Source: Candidatus Cloacimonadales bacterium | Lineage (GTDB): Bacteria; Cloacimonadota; Cloacimonadia; Cloacimonadales; JAFGVF01 | DNA: 64,000 nt | Direction: 5' to 3' | NCBI GenBank assembly: GCA_963662585.1 | Contig: OY759729.1 | Coordinates: 1,664,001-1,728,000, forward strand | In this document: one piece after another, positions 39,361 to 48,896 of the stretch | How the letters are laid out: each line of letters begins with the position of its first letter | Numbering within the stretch: position 1 is the stretch's first letter | Program-made: the position numbers and the translations under genes | The notes under the pieces: model-generated | The model's database searches: none | What the model saw: the letters and a program-made list of their open reading frames with translations, nothing else | What the model was told of the DNA's origin: nothing

Positions 39361-40512
39361 TTATTTTAACTCTTCTATAGTATATAATATTTTCATTTTT
39401 TGCTTATCTCTTTCAATATCTAGAACAACTTCATCTCCTACAAAGATATCTATAACGGCAAGATTGATATCAGATCTATCAGCAATAACTAAACCATTTA
39501 TAGCTATTAAATTATCACCAATTTCTAATCCTGCCTTCTCACAAGCAGAATCTTTTTTCATTCTTACTACTATTAAATTGGTATCACTCTGTCCATCGAT
39601 AGATCTAGATTGAATTTGAAATCCATAATCTATTGTTCTTATTTTCCCAAATTGAACAAGTTCATACACTACCTTTTTAACTCTATTAATGGGAATTGCA
39701 AATCCGATACCTACTGAACCGCCTGATTCTGATAAGATAAAGGTATTAATTCCGATAACTTCCCCATCAATATTAACTAAAGGTCCCCCACTATTACCTG
39801 GGTTAATAGCAGCATCTGTTTGAATCATTCTTTTATAAATTTTATTATCATTAGTGCTTGGATCACTAAAGTTCCTATTTAAAGCAGAAATAACACCAAA
39901 TGAGAGAGTAGGCTTCGAATCTTTGATTATAAAGCTATAAGGATTCCCCAGAGCTATAGCCCATCTTCCTATTTGTAGATCATCCGAATCAGCTATCTTG
40001 GCACAGTAAAAATCTTCACCTTCTATTTTTAAGACAGCAATATCGTGTTCTTCTGCTATACCTATCAATTTTGCATCTCTATGTTCTCCATCATTCAAAA
40101 CTATGGTTATATCAATTGCTTCTTCTACAACATGAGCATTAGTGATTAAATAGCCATCTTTAGTAATTATTACTCCAGTACCCACAGATTTAACATCCCT
40201 GTACCGAGGATAATTTCCAAAGAACTGATCGAAAATTGTGTAGGGTCTTCTCATTACAGTCTGTCTTTTTAAAACATTCACAGAAACAACAGACTTAGAT
40301 ATCTCCTCTGCCGAGAGAACTATCTTAGTTTCTAGATCTAAAACAGACAAGCTATCCTTAATAATTGATCTCTTGAGTAAATCAAACTCTTCTCTACTCA
40401 CGAAATCATCTTTTCTCACACTATCTTGATTTCTTCTAATAGTTTTTATAATTAGCAATAAATTACTTATTAAAACTATTACTAATAAAGCATTTAGGTA
40501 TCGTTGTTTCAC
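39361..40512 (-). CDS. HtrA/DegQ-like trypsin serine protease with PDZ domain
   Basis: TNAHVV, DIAVLK, QTDAAINPGNSGGPL; GTG start. Confidence 0.93.
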   Translation of the reverse strand: MKQRYLNALLVIVLISNLLLIIKTIRRNQDSVRKDDFVSREEFDLLKRSIIKDSLSVLDLETKIVLSAEEISKSVVSVNVLKRQTVMRRPYTIFDQFFGNYPRYRDVKSVGTGVIITKDGYLITNAHVVEEAIDITIVLNDGEHRDAKLIGIAEEHDIAVLKIEGEDFYCAKIADSDDLQIGRWAIALGNPYSFIIKDSKPTLSFGVISALNRNFSDPSTNDNKIYKRMIQTDAAINPGNSGGPLVNIDGEVIGINTFILSESGGSVGIGFAIPINRVKKVVYELVQFGKIRTIDYGFQIQSRSIDGQSDTNLIVVRMKKDSACEKAGLEIGDNLIAINGLVIADRSDINLAVIDIFVGDEVVLDIERDKQKMKILYTIEELK

Positions 40513-40520
40513 GTGAAACC
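40505..40520. promoter_or_regulatory. parS (ParB/Spo0J binding site)
   Basis: TGTTTCACGTGAAACC, 15/16 match to the consensus TGTTTCACGTGAAACA. Confidence 0.75.
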
Positions 40521-40522
40521 TC

Positions 40523-41278
40523 TCACAGTAAATGGGTTAATATCTTCCTTATTTCATTCACATCACAAGTAGTGTTAAAACAAGGTCCATTAGGTCTATC
40601 ATTTAATATACCAAGTACTGGTATTACATCAATGTCTTTTATTCCTTCTGTCAAATCGCGATGACAAGCTACTGCTAAGATGACTTTTGGTTTTATATCG
40701 CTAATAATTTTCCTAGCTAATGTTCCACCCGTGGCAACCTTAATAGTTACCCCAAACTCTTCCTGTATAGCCTTAAAATCTTGAATTACACACTTTCCAC
40801 AGTCTCGGCAATTACCAATATCATAAGTGATTTTATAAGGGCAGTCAACATTCTGTAAGCAATGAGGAAGTAAAATTAAAATATTTTTCTTATCTATTTT
40901 CTTTAATTGTTTCTTTTGAATTATATTATTATACTTGATTAATAGTGTAGAGTATTTTTGGTAAAATTCACTTTGAGTATTAAAAAGCTTATGCACTATT
41001 GGATAGATTAAATGATAAAAGAGATAATAACTAATATTGGGAAATACTAATTTCTTCTTTGATTTTAAGTTATAAATAGAGATTAAGGCACCAAAAGTGA
41101 GGACCAAAATAAAAGTTAGACTTAAAATTAGAAGTATTCTTATATTAATAAAATTAAAAGAGAGAGTCTTTTTTAAAGGGTAGATTAGAAAAACTGCAAT
41201 AAGTAAGAGAATATTTATTCTAAGAATTAGCCGATAGCTGTGTTTATCCAAGTTTTTCATAGAGTTTAAGCTTTGCAC
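40523..41278 (-). CDS. DUF116 domain protein
   Basis: LLPHCLQ, CRDCGKC, ATGGTLAR, AVACHRDL, GPCFNT; start position uncertain. Confidence 0.85.
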   Translation of the reverse strand: MQSLNSMKNLDKHSYRLILRINILLLIAVFLIYPLKKTLSFNFINIRILLILSLTFILVLTFGALISIYNLKSKKKLVFPNISYYLFYHLIYPIVHKLFNTQSEFYQKYSTLLIKYNNIIQKKQLKKIDKKNILILLPHCLQNVDCPYKITYDIGNCRDCGKCVIQDFKAIQEEFGVTIKVATGGTLARKIISDIKPKVILAVACHRDLTEGIKDIDVIPVLGILNDRPNGPCFNTTCDVNEIRKILTHLL

Positions 41279-42206
41279 CTAAGTTGTAAGCATGAGCGCT
41301 CATAATTTTTTTCCCTTCAGCTTTTACTTCTTTGATTAGAATTTCACCGTCGGCACAAGCTACTACAAATCCTTCGTTTTTAATTACTTGAGTAATCATA
41401 CCAGGATCATAATTTCTCGTATCTGAATACTTAACTGCTCTTAGAACTTGTAGTATTTTTCCTTCTCTTAATGTTCTTGCTCCAGGTTCTTCAGAAAGAC
41501 CTCTAATTTTACCAATAATACTATTCAAGGAAGTATTCCAATCTATAACTAAGAAGTCCTTTTCTATTTTTTCGGTAAAGCTAGCCTCTTCAGGAACTTG
41601 TTCCTTAAGGATAAACCCTTCTCCCTCAATTCTTTGCAGTGTTTCAATTAGTAAATTCGCTCCCAATTCTGCTGTATATTCAGAATATTCTGTAAAATTC
41701 ATATTTGGAGGAAGATCAAACTTCATTTGATTAATAATTGGACCAGCATCCATTTTGGCTACAATTTTAAATATAGAGATACCTGAACTTGTCTCATTAT
41801 GAAAAAGACTACTTTGGAGAGGTGAGGCACCTCGGTATTTAGGTAAAAGTGAAGGATGTAAGTTTATACAACCTAGCGGAGCTAAATTTCTTAGCTTTTT
41901 ACCCAAAAAACCGCCGTATGCGACAGTTATTAATATATCTGGTCTTAGAATACTAATTTTTTCTAAAACCTCGTCAGAATTGATATTTAGAGGCTGAATT
42001 ACTGGCAAACCATACAATTCACTGCTAATTTTAACTGGAGTTGCTTGTAGCTTCTGTTTTCTCCCTCTTGCCTTATCAGGTTGAGTAATAACCAGACAAG
42101 GTTTGTATTTACTGTTAACTAATTTTTCTAAACTATTAACAGCAAATTCTGGAGTTCCTAGAAACACAACTTTTCTCAATTCATCAGTTTTGTATATTTT
42201 CGCCAT
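41244..42206 (-). CDS. fmt: methionyl-tRNA formyltransferase
   Basis: FLGTPEFA, TQPDK, VAYG, INLHPSLLPKYRGASP, MDAG. Confidence 0.96.
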   Translation of the reverse strand: MAKIYKTDELRKVVFLGTPEFAVNSLEKLVNSKYKPCLVITQPDKARGRKQKLQATPVKISSELYGLPVIQPLNINSDEVLEKISILRPDILITVAYGGFLGKKLRNLAPLGCINLHPSLLPKYRGASPLQSSLFHNETSSGISIFKIVAKMDAGPIINQMKFDLPPNMNFTEYSEYTAELGANLLIETLQRIEGEGFILKEQVPEEASFTEKIEKDFLVIDWNTSLNSIIGKIRGLSEEPGARTLREGKILQVLRAVKYSDTRNYDPGMITQVIKNEGFVVACADGEILIKEVKAEGKKIMSAHAYNLGAKLKLYEKLG

Positions 42207-42747
42207 TTTCTTTTGTTCTTTTTATATATTGATCAATTTTATTCTTGTGCATCAAATATTTCAGTTTACTAAGGTGATCAACAAAAAGAACCCCATTTAA
42301 ATGATCAAATTCATGTTGAAAAACCACAGCTGGAAATTCCTCAAATTCTTCTTCAAAGAAATTACCATTTAAGTCTTGAGCTTTGATCTTAATATGACTA
42401 GGGCGTTTTACCTTTTCATAGACATCAGGCACACTTAAGCAACCTTCTTCATGAGAAATAGATCCTTCAGAGAATATTATTTCAGGATTAACATAGATAC
42501 GAGGTTTCTTAATTGCGCCATCTTGAGCCCAATAAAAGTCCACGACAAATATTCTTTTACTCACTCCAACTTGAGGAGCAGCCAAACCAACCCCATCAGT
42601 TTCATACATAGTGTAAGTTAAATCATCAGCAAAATCTTTTAATTCTTGATCAAAATCAGTAATATTTCTTGCAGTCTGACGCAGAATCTGATCGCCAATA
42701 ATTCTGATTTTTAATAGCTTAAACCTATTATTTTTCACCTTTTTCAT
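42184..42747 (-). CDS. def: peptide deformylase
   Basis: GVGLAAPQVG, EGCLSVP, QHEFDHLNG. Confidence 0.96.
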   Translation of the reverse strand: MKKVKNNRFKLLKIRIIGDQILRQTARNITDFDQELKDFADDLTYTMYETDGVGLAAPQVGVSKRIFVVDFYWAQDGAIKKPRIYVNPEIIFSEGSISHEEGCLSVPDVYEKVKRPSHIKIKAQDLNGNFFEEEFEEFPAVVFQHEFDHLNGVLFVDHLSKLKYLMHKNKIDQYIKRTKENGENIQN

Positions 42748-43081
42748 TCACTTTTCCTACTACTGCACTTTTAACAACTTCGATAACAGTATGGGTGTTT
42801 TTATCAATTTCAACACTCATGGTATTTTTATCGTTATCAATTTTGGTTATTTTTCCTAGAATTCCGCTATTTAGCTGGATTAAATCATCTTTTTTTAAAC
42901 TTTCCAACATTGCTTGAGCTTCTTTTTGTTGTTTTTTCTGAGGTCTAATAATTAAGAAATAAAAGATCAATGCTAAAGGAACGAACATTATCAAAGTTCC
43001 CATCAATCCCCCACCTTGAGCCTGTCCACCTTCACCTGTAGCAGGTGCCGCCATCATAATAGTATTAAATATATTATTCAT
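42728..43081 (-). CDS. yajC: preprotein translocase subunit YajC
   Basis: IFYFLIIRPQKKQQK; ATG 43081 with GGAGA RBS. Confidence 0.92.
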   Translation of the reverse strand: MNNIFNTIMMAAPATGEGGQAQGGGLMGTLIMFVPLALIFYFLIIRPQKKQQKEAQAMLESLKKDDLIQLNSGILGKITKIDNDKNTMSVEIDKNTHTVIEVVKSAVVGKVNEKGEK

Positions 43082-43152
43082 AATTTTCTCCTTCAATTTA
43101 TTATGTTCTATAAATTTGAGCTGTTATATAAGTCAACAACTTTCTTTAAAGC

Positions 43153-43485
43153 CTATTTTTCTTGCATGAATTTTTTAAATTCTTGCACGCTTTCTACCAA
43201 TCTTTTATAAAGGATTTCGAATTTATCAAAGAGTTCTAATTTTCCTGCATTCTCTAATTCTAAACCAACTTCACTTAAATTAATTAAAGAAAGGTTTGCA
43301 GCAGTTCCTTTTAAGGTATGACCGCTATTTCTCACCATAGCAGAATTTTTTTCTTTAATTGCTTTATCTAAATCTAATAATATTTCATCTGCAAAAACAA
43401 TAAAATCTTCTAGAAGTTCATCAAGAAGTTCCTCATCTCCTACTCTTTCAATAGCATCCTGATAATCAAAAATATTCTTATTCAT
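43153..43485 (-). CDS. standalone Hpt domain protein
   Basis: GHTLKGTAANL phosphotransfer motif; ATG 43485 with GGAGG RBS. Confidence 0.9.
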   Translation of the reverse strand: MNKNIFDYQDAIERVGDEELLDELLEDFIVFADEILLDLDKAIKEKNSAMVRNSGHTLKGTAANLSLINLSEVGLELENAGKLELFDKFEILYKRLVESVQEFKKFMQEK

Positions 43486-43824
43486 TCTTTCCTCCAAATA
43501 AAATAAGTTTTTTTAAAATAAATTGTGACTTTAAACCTGTCAACTATTATTTCGTTTTAAAAGATATTTATCTCTTTGCCTTATTTTCTAGTACTAAATT
43601 TCTTGGCATTGTTATAATAAAAACTCTAAATTCATTCTCTAATGTTAGCATTGAAACTAAATAGTGAAGGTTAAATTCCCCAATAACAGAATCTGAACTA
43701 ATTACTTACTTTTAGTCATTAATTTATTCAAAATATTTTAGACTAAAAGTTAATAATCATTTTTTTGTTGACAAAATATATCTTATTTGTATTAATCGAA
43801 ATAAAGATGAAATGGAGGTTATTT

Positions 43825-45369
43825 ATGTTAGGAAAAACCATATCATATACAACGGTTGGGATTGATGCTCACAAAATTGAAGTAGAAGTCGACCAATATG
43901 GCAAGTTGCAGGGTCCGACAATAATGGTGGGTATGCCCTCAAATAGTGTTAAAGAAAGTAAAGAAAGAGTGAGTTCAGCAATTACTAATTCTGGTTATAA
44001 AAGTAAAGCTGGTACTACGATTATCAATCTTGCTCCAGCAGATTTAAAGAAAGATGGCTCAGCTTTAGATCTTTCTATTGCCATTGCTTTGTTAATTTCC
44101 CATAATAGTGTAAAAATAAAAGATAGTATTGATTATGCTATCTTAGGTGAGCTTTCATTAGATGGTACAGTAAAGCCTATAAAAGGGACTCTTCCGATAG
44201 CATTAGAAGCCAGAAAAGATAAATTAAGAGGAATTATTCTTCCTTATGAAAATGCTAGTGAGGCTGCTATTGTTCAAGATTTAGAGGTTATCCCAGTCCA
44301 CTCATTAATTGAGGCTGTAAGTTTTTTAGAAGGCAAGATTCTTATTCAACCTTTTAAGATAGATATTAAGAAAATATTTTCTTCTTTCAATGATTCAGAG
44401 ATTGATATGCACGATGTGAAAGGGCAATATCATGTCAAACGAGCTTTAGAAGTTTCTGCAGCAGGTGGACATAATATTTTAATGGTTGGACCTCCAGGTT
44501 CGGGAAAAACTATGCTAGCTAAAAGATTTGCCACTATTTTACCAGATTTATCTTTAGAAGAGGCTTTAGAGACAACAAAGATACACTCTGTGGCAGGAGT
44601 TCCCACTGATAAAAAGAATGGTATTGTAGTGAATCGTCCTTATCGTGCTCCTCACCATACAACAAGCGATGTTGCACTAATCGGAGGAGGTGCTTATCCT
44701 AAGCCAGGAGAAGTCTCATTATCCCATAATGGTGTTCTTTTTTTGGATGAATTACCTGAGTTCAAGAAATCAGTTTTAGAGGTATTGAGACAGCCTTTAG
44801 AAGATGGTATTGTTACAGTATCAAGAGCCTCTCAGAGTCTTAATTTCCCTGCAAAATTCATTTTAGTAACCTCGATGAACCCTTGTCCATGTGGCTATCA
44901 TAACTGCAATATCCCTGGACATGAATGTTCTTGTTCACCTAATATGGTACAACGCTATCGTAGCCGTGTTTCAGGTCCTTTATTAGATAGAATAGATCTT
45001 CATATCGAAGTTCCAGCAGTCCCTTACAAGGATTTGGGTGGAATCCCTGATGGTGAATTTTCTAAAGACATTAGAGCAAGAGTTAATAGAGCCCGTCAAA
45101 TTCAACTAGAAAGATTTAAGGAAGATTCAATCTTTTGCAATGCTCAGATGAGCCCTAAACACACTCGACTTTTCTGCCAGCTAGATGAAGATTGCAATCA
45201 GCTTTTGAAAATGACCATTGAGAAGAGAGGTTATTCTGCTCGGGTTTATGATAGAATTCTTAAAGTCGCTAGAACAGTAGCAGATTTAGAAGGCAGTCAG
45301 AAGATAAAAGCACAACATATTTCTGAATCTATTCAATATAGAAGTTTAGAAAAAGCCTTTTGGGGATAA
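43825..45369 (+). CDS. comM: YifB/ComM family Mg-chelatase-like AAA+ ATPase
   Basis: INLAPADLKK, GPPGSGKT, RAPHHT, LFLDELPEF, NPCPCG, SGPLLDRID; ATG 43825 with GGAGG RBS. Confidence 0.9.
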   Translation: MLGKTISYTTVGIDAHKIEVEVDQYGKLQGPTIMVGMPSNSVKESKERVSSAITNSGYKSKAGTTIINLAPADLKKDGSALDLSIAIALLISHNSVKIKDSIDYAILGELSLDGTVKPIKGTLPIALEARKDKLRGIILPYENASEAAIVQDLEVIPVHSLIEAVSFLEGKILIQPFKIDIKKIFSSFNDSEIDMHDVKGQYHVKRALEVSAAGGHNILMVGPPGSGKTMLAKRFATILPDLSLEEALETTKIHSVAGVPTDKKNGIVVNRPYRAPHHTTSDVALIGGGAYPKPGEVSLSHNGVLFLDELPEFKKSVLEVLRQPLEDGIVTVSRASQSLNFPAKFILVTSMNPCPCGYHNCNIPGHECSCSPNMVQRYRSRVSGPLLDRIDLHIEVPAVPYKDLGGIPDGEFSKDIRARVNRARQIQLERFKEDSIFCNAQMSPKHTRLFCQLDEDCNQLLKMTIEKRGYSARVYDRILKVARTVADLEGSQKIKAQHISESIQYRSLEKAFWG

Positions 45370-45382
45370 AGCTAAATCAAGT

Positions 45383-46369
45383 TTATATCATATTTTTAAG
45401 TTTTTGATAGGCTTCCAAGATAGCTTCTACTTGGATACTTTCCATACAGTCAAAGTGCTTTAAGGGGCATTCTTTCTGTCCGTGGAGAGTGCAGGGTGAG
45501 CAACTTATAGGATTAGTTAGAATGAGTGCTTTTTTGTTTAAAGGACGAAAACCAAGACTCACATTAGTAGAACCAAAGAAGGCTATTTGGGCTTTTCTCA
45601 GAGCTGCAGCAATATGCATAGGTCCGGAATCATTAGTAATCACCAGATCTGCTTCATTTATAGCTTCAACGAGCTCTACCAAGTTAAAATTACCAGCTAA
45701 GTCAAAACAAGCTTTAGTGATGTCTTTCTGGATTTCTTGAGTAAGCTCTTTTTCATCTTTTGAACCTAAAAGATAAAAATTAGTGTTATTATGTTCATAA
45801 TTATTAATAAATGAAATAAGTTTTTCTTTGGGAATTCTTTTAGTATTATGAGTAGCACCAGGGAAAATAACGACCTTCATATTAGCTTTTGAAGGAAGTA
45901 AATTTGAAGTCTCTGTAGTAACTTTGATAACTGGTTCGATAAATATATAAGGAACTTTTAACTTATCAAAAACTGTATTATAAAGGTCAACAGTGCTATT
46001 TATTGACATCTGTGTTTTATGAGCAACTATCTTATTTCTCAGAGCCCTTTTTTTATCATAAGTAACAGTCTTTTGTCCTCTGATTATTACTTTCGCAAGC
46101 CAAGAATTTAGCTTACCGTGAAGATCAAGCACTAAGTCGTATTTCCTTTTGCTTAAGTTTCTTAGCTGAGAAAATGATTTATACTCTGTAAAAACTGAAT
46201 TAACAGTAAAATAAGTTGCCACAAATTGTTTAAAAGCAGGCTTAGTAAGATAGTCTATTTCAGCATTAGGATAGATATTCTTTAACTGATCAACAAGTGC
46301 TTTTGTAAGAACAATATCTCCAAGCGAACTAAATCTTATAATTAAAATTCTAATATTATTAACCCCCAT
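45383..46369 (-). CDS. glycosyltransferase family 9 (LPS heptosyltransferase-like)
   Basis: IRFSSLGDIVL, DLH, TNDSGPMHIAAA, CSPC...CPLKHFDCM; start ATG 46369. Confidence 0.9.
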   Translation of the reverse strand: MGVNNIRILIIRFSSLGDIVLTKALVDQLKNIYPNAEIDYLTKPAFKQFVATYFTVNSVFTEYKSFSQLRNLSKRKYDLVLDLHGKLNSWLAKVIIRGQKTVTYDKKRALRNKIVAHKTQMSINSTVDLYNTVFDKLKVPYIFIEPVIKVTTETSNLLPSKANMKVVIFPGATHNTKRIPKEKLISFINNYEHNNTNFYLLGSKDEKELTQEIQKDITKACFDLAGNFNLVELVEAINEADLVITNDSGPMHIAAALRKAQIAFFGSTNVSLGFRPLNKKALILTNPISCSPCTLHGQKECPLKHFDCMESIQVEAILEAYQKLKNMI

Positions 46370-46388
46370 ATCTGTGTATAATTTTCTT

Positions 46389-48740
46389 CTAATGATTCTC
46401 TTGCATTGTACTTTCTTTAGGAATAGTAAAATTAAAGGTGGATCCTTTATTCTCTTCACTTGTTACCCAAAGAGTGCCGTGGTTTAATTCTACAAAATTC
46501 TTACATAATATTAATCCTAAGCCAGTTCCTCTTTCTTTTGAAGTTCCGATTGTAGAAACCATCTCTTTGGGATTGAAAATAGATTCCAATCTTTGGGATG
46601 GTATTCCCACCCCATAATCCCTGATAGATATAGTCAATAGATCACTATCTAATTTAGAAGTTATGGTAATTTTTGAAGAATTGTAAGAGAATTTTATAGC
46701 ATTAGAAAGTAGGTTTCTAATCACAGTACTGATCATATTTAAATCAAAATAACCTATATGAGTAGGTACAACATTATTTTCAATACTTAGCTTCTTATTC
46801 TCCAACAAAGTTAAGAGAGTATTAATTGTTTTAGAAACAATCTCATATATTGAGTAGTAATTTGGGATTATCTGAATTTCATTTTTCTGACTTCTAGTCC
46901 ACTGCAAAAGATTTTCTAAAAGATCAAAGGTATGATCAGCTGATTTATAAAGCTCAGCCATTAAGGAGCTTCTTTCATCTTCAGTAAATACATTTTTCTT
47001 AGTTGCAAGAAGCTTAAAGATCTCTCTAAAATTACCAATCGGACCTCGTAAATCATGGGCAATAATAGAGAAAAATCTATCTTTGGTGTAGTTTGCGTCT
47101 CTGAGTTTTCTTTCAGATTTGAGCAAGGCTTCATCATATATCTTTCTATCCGTAATATCTTTAATTATTCCTAAATTCGTAGATTTTCCTGTAACAGGAT
47201 TATGCACAGTAGAATAAGAAATTTCAGAGTAAATAATCATTCCATTCTGAGCTTGGAGTCTTAGTTCTATAGTAGAGACATCATGATTAGAAAGTTTCTT
47301 GGCTAAAGTAGAAGCAACCTCAACTTTTTCTTCGGCTAATACAAACTCTAAGATATTATTAAATGGAGAAGAATCAGTTTCCAAGAGAATATCTTTCAAA
47401 TATTTGTTTGCCCTTTCTATAGTCCCATCTTTAGAGAAGATGCATATTCCTATTGGAGCATAATCAAAAATAGCATTAAGGAAATTGTTGGTTTTAGATG
47501 ATTCTAAGTGTGTCTTTTTGTATTCAGTAACATCATTAACTACCCCGATAATACCATCTATTGCCCCACGCTCATCCCTAAACACATCCTTATAAACAAC
47601 TAAATCCCGCTCTTGATTATCCGATAACTCAATTATATGTTCACTCTTTATCTGCCTTTTTTTATAAAGTAATTCCTTATCACTTTGGGATAGTATTTCT
47701 GCTTGTTTTTTAGGTAAAACATCATAAATATTCTTTATATTAGGTTGCTTTGATTTACCAACAAAGAGATCGAGCCATTTCTTATTATAGCCTAAATAGT
47801 TACCCTGGAGATCTTTATAATAAATAGCATTAGGTATAGTATCAAGAATTGTCTCTAAAAAGTTTTTCTGCTTTCTAATAATATTATTAGCATCTTCTAA
47901 AGCTTCCCTCTCCTCTTCTATAAGATTTATCTCTTGTTCTTTCTTATCTATCTCATACTGATTTAATATTTTAGCTAGCTTAGCATGGGAATTATTGTTC
48001 TGATAATTGTTACAAATTTGATGACTCTTCTCTAAATAAAGAAAAGCTTGAGGAATATCATTAATCAATTTATAATAATGATAATAGTTTTCATAAGATG
48101 ACTTTAGTGAGATATCATCTCCAAGCTCTAAAGCTAAATCATTAGATTTTTTTAATATCCCAACTATATCTTGTGTATTATTACATTTTATTGAGGCTAA
48201 AATTTTATTGCTGTAGATATTAAAAAGAATTTTGGGCGAAACTTCACTTAAATCCTCCTCTTTCAAAGAGGATAATATGTCATAAGCTAAACCATACTCT
48301 CTTATTTGCAAATAGAGATTTGCCATCTCATGCAGTGCTATCACTATTCCTTTGGAGAAATTCAGGGTAGTAGATGTCAATAGTATTTCATGATATAATT
48401 CTACAGCTTTTTCAGTATCCCCACTTTTAAAATGAATCTTGGCTAAGAGAGAATTTATCTGCAATTTTGGTAAAATTTCATTATGCTTGTAATAGTAGTT
48501 CTTAGCTCTTAAGATATACTCCTTGGCCAATTGCAAGTCATCTAATAAAAAATAGCATTCCCCGACTATCCTATTGAAAACACCAAAGTAAAGATGCTTC
48601 TCTTCTGAAGTAGCTCTTTCTTGGGCTAATAAGGCATATTTAAGGCCTAAATCAGGAGAAATTTCTATTATTTCCTGAGCCTTTTTTAATAAATTCATGG
48701 TGTTTTCTATCGAAATACTATTTTTACTCATTGTAGACAA
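46389..48740 (-). CDS. TPR-PAS-PAS sensor histidine kinase
   Basis: IIAHDLRGP H-box, NLLSNAIKFS, DYGVG, GTGLGL, GSTF; two PAS/PAC (DVTE, DITD); TPR-like N-terminus. Confidence 0.9.
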   Translation of the reverse strand: MSTMSKNSISIENTMNLLKKAQEIIEISPDLGLKYALLAQERATSEEKHLYFGVFNRIVGECYFLLDDLQLAKEYILRAKNYYYKHNEILPKLQINSLLAKIHFKSGDTEKAVELYHEILLTSTTLNFSKGIVIALHEMANLYLQIREYGLAYDILSSLKEEDLSEVSPKILFNIYSNKILASIKCNNTQDIVGILKKSNDLALELGDDISLKSSYENYYHYYKLINDIPQAFLYLEKSHQICNNYQNNNSHAKLAKILNQYEIDKKEQEINLIEEEREALEDANNIIRKQKNFLETILDTIPNAIYYKDLQGNYLGYNKKWLDLFVGKSKQPNIKNIYDVLPKKQAEILSQSDKELLYKKRQIKSEHIIELSDNQERDLVVYKDVFRDERGAIDGIIGVVNDVTEYKKTHLESSKTNNFLNAIFDYAPIGICIFSKDGTIERANKYLKDILLETDSSPFNNILEFVLAEEKVEVASTLAKKLSNHDVSTIELRLQAQNGMIIYSEISYSTVHNPVTGKSTNLGIIKDITDRKIYDEALLKSERKLRDANYTKDRFFSIIAHDLRGPIGNFREIFKLLATKKNVFTEDERSSLMAELYKSADHTFDLLENLLQWTRSQKNEIQIIPNYYSIYEIVSKTINTLLTLLENKKLSIENNVVPTHIGYFDLNMISTVIRNLLSNAIKFSYNSSKITITSKLDSDLLTISIRDYGVGIPSQRLESIFNPKEMVSTIGTSKERGTGLGLILCKNFVELNHGTLWVTSEENKGSTFNFTIPKESTMQENH

Positions 48741-48896
48741 TCCTCATTTTACTAATTATTATTACTAGTAGAAAAATGTAAAGTAATATTTCGCTAATAA
48801 TTATTTTTTTTTGGCAAATATTTCTGAATAAGAGAATTGATAATAGTTATCACAAATAAAAATAATCTTCATTAGTATAATTTAAAATGATACAGG

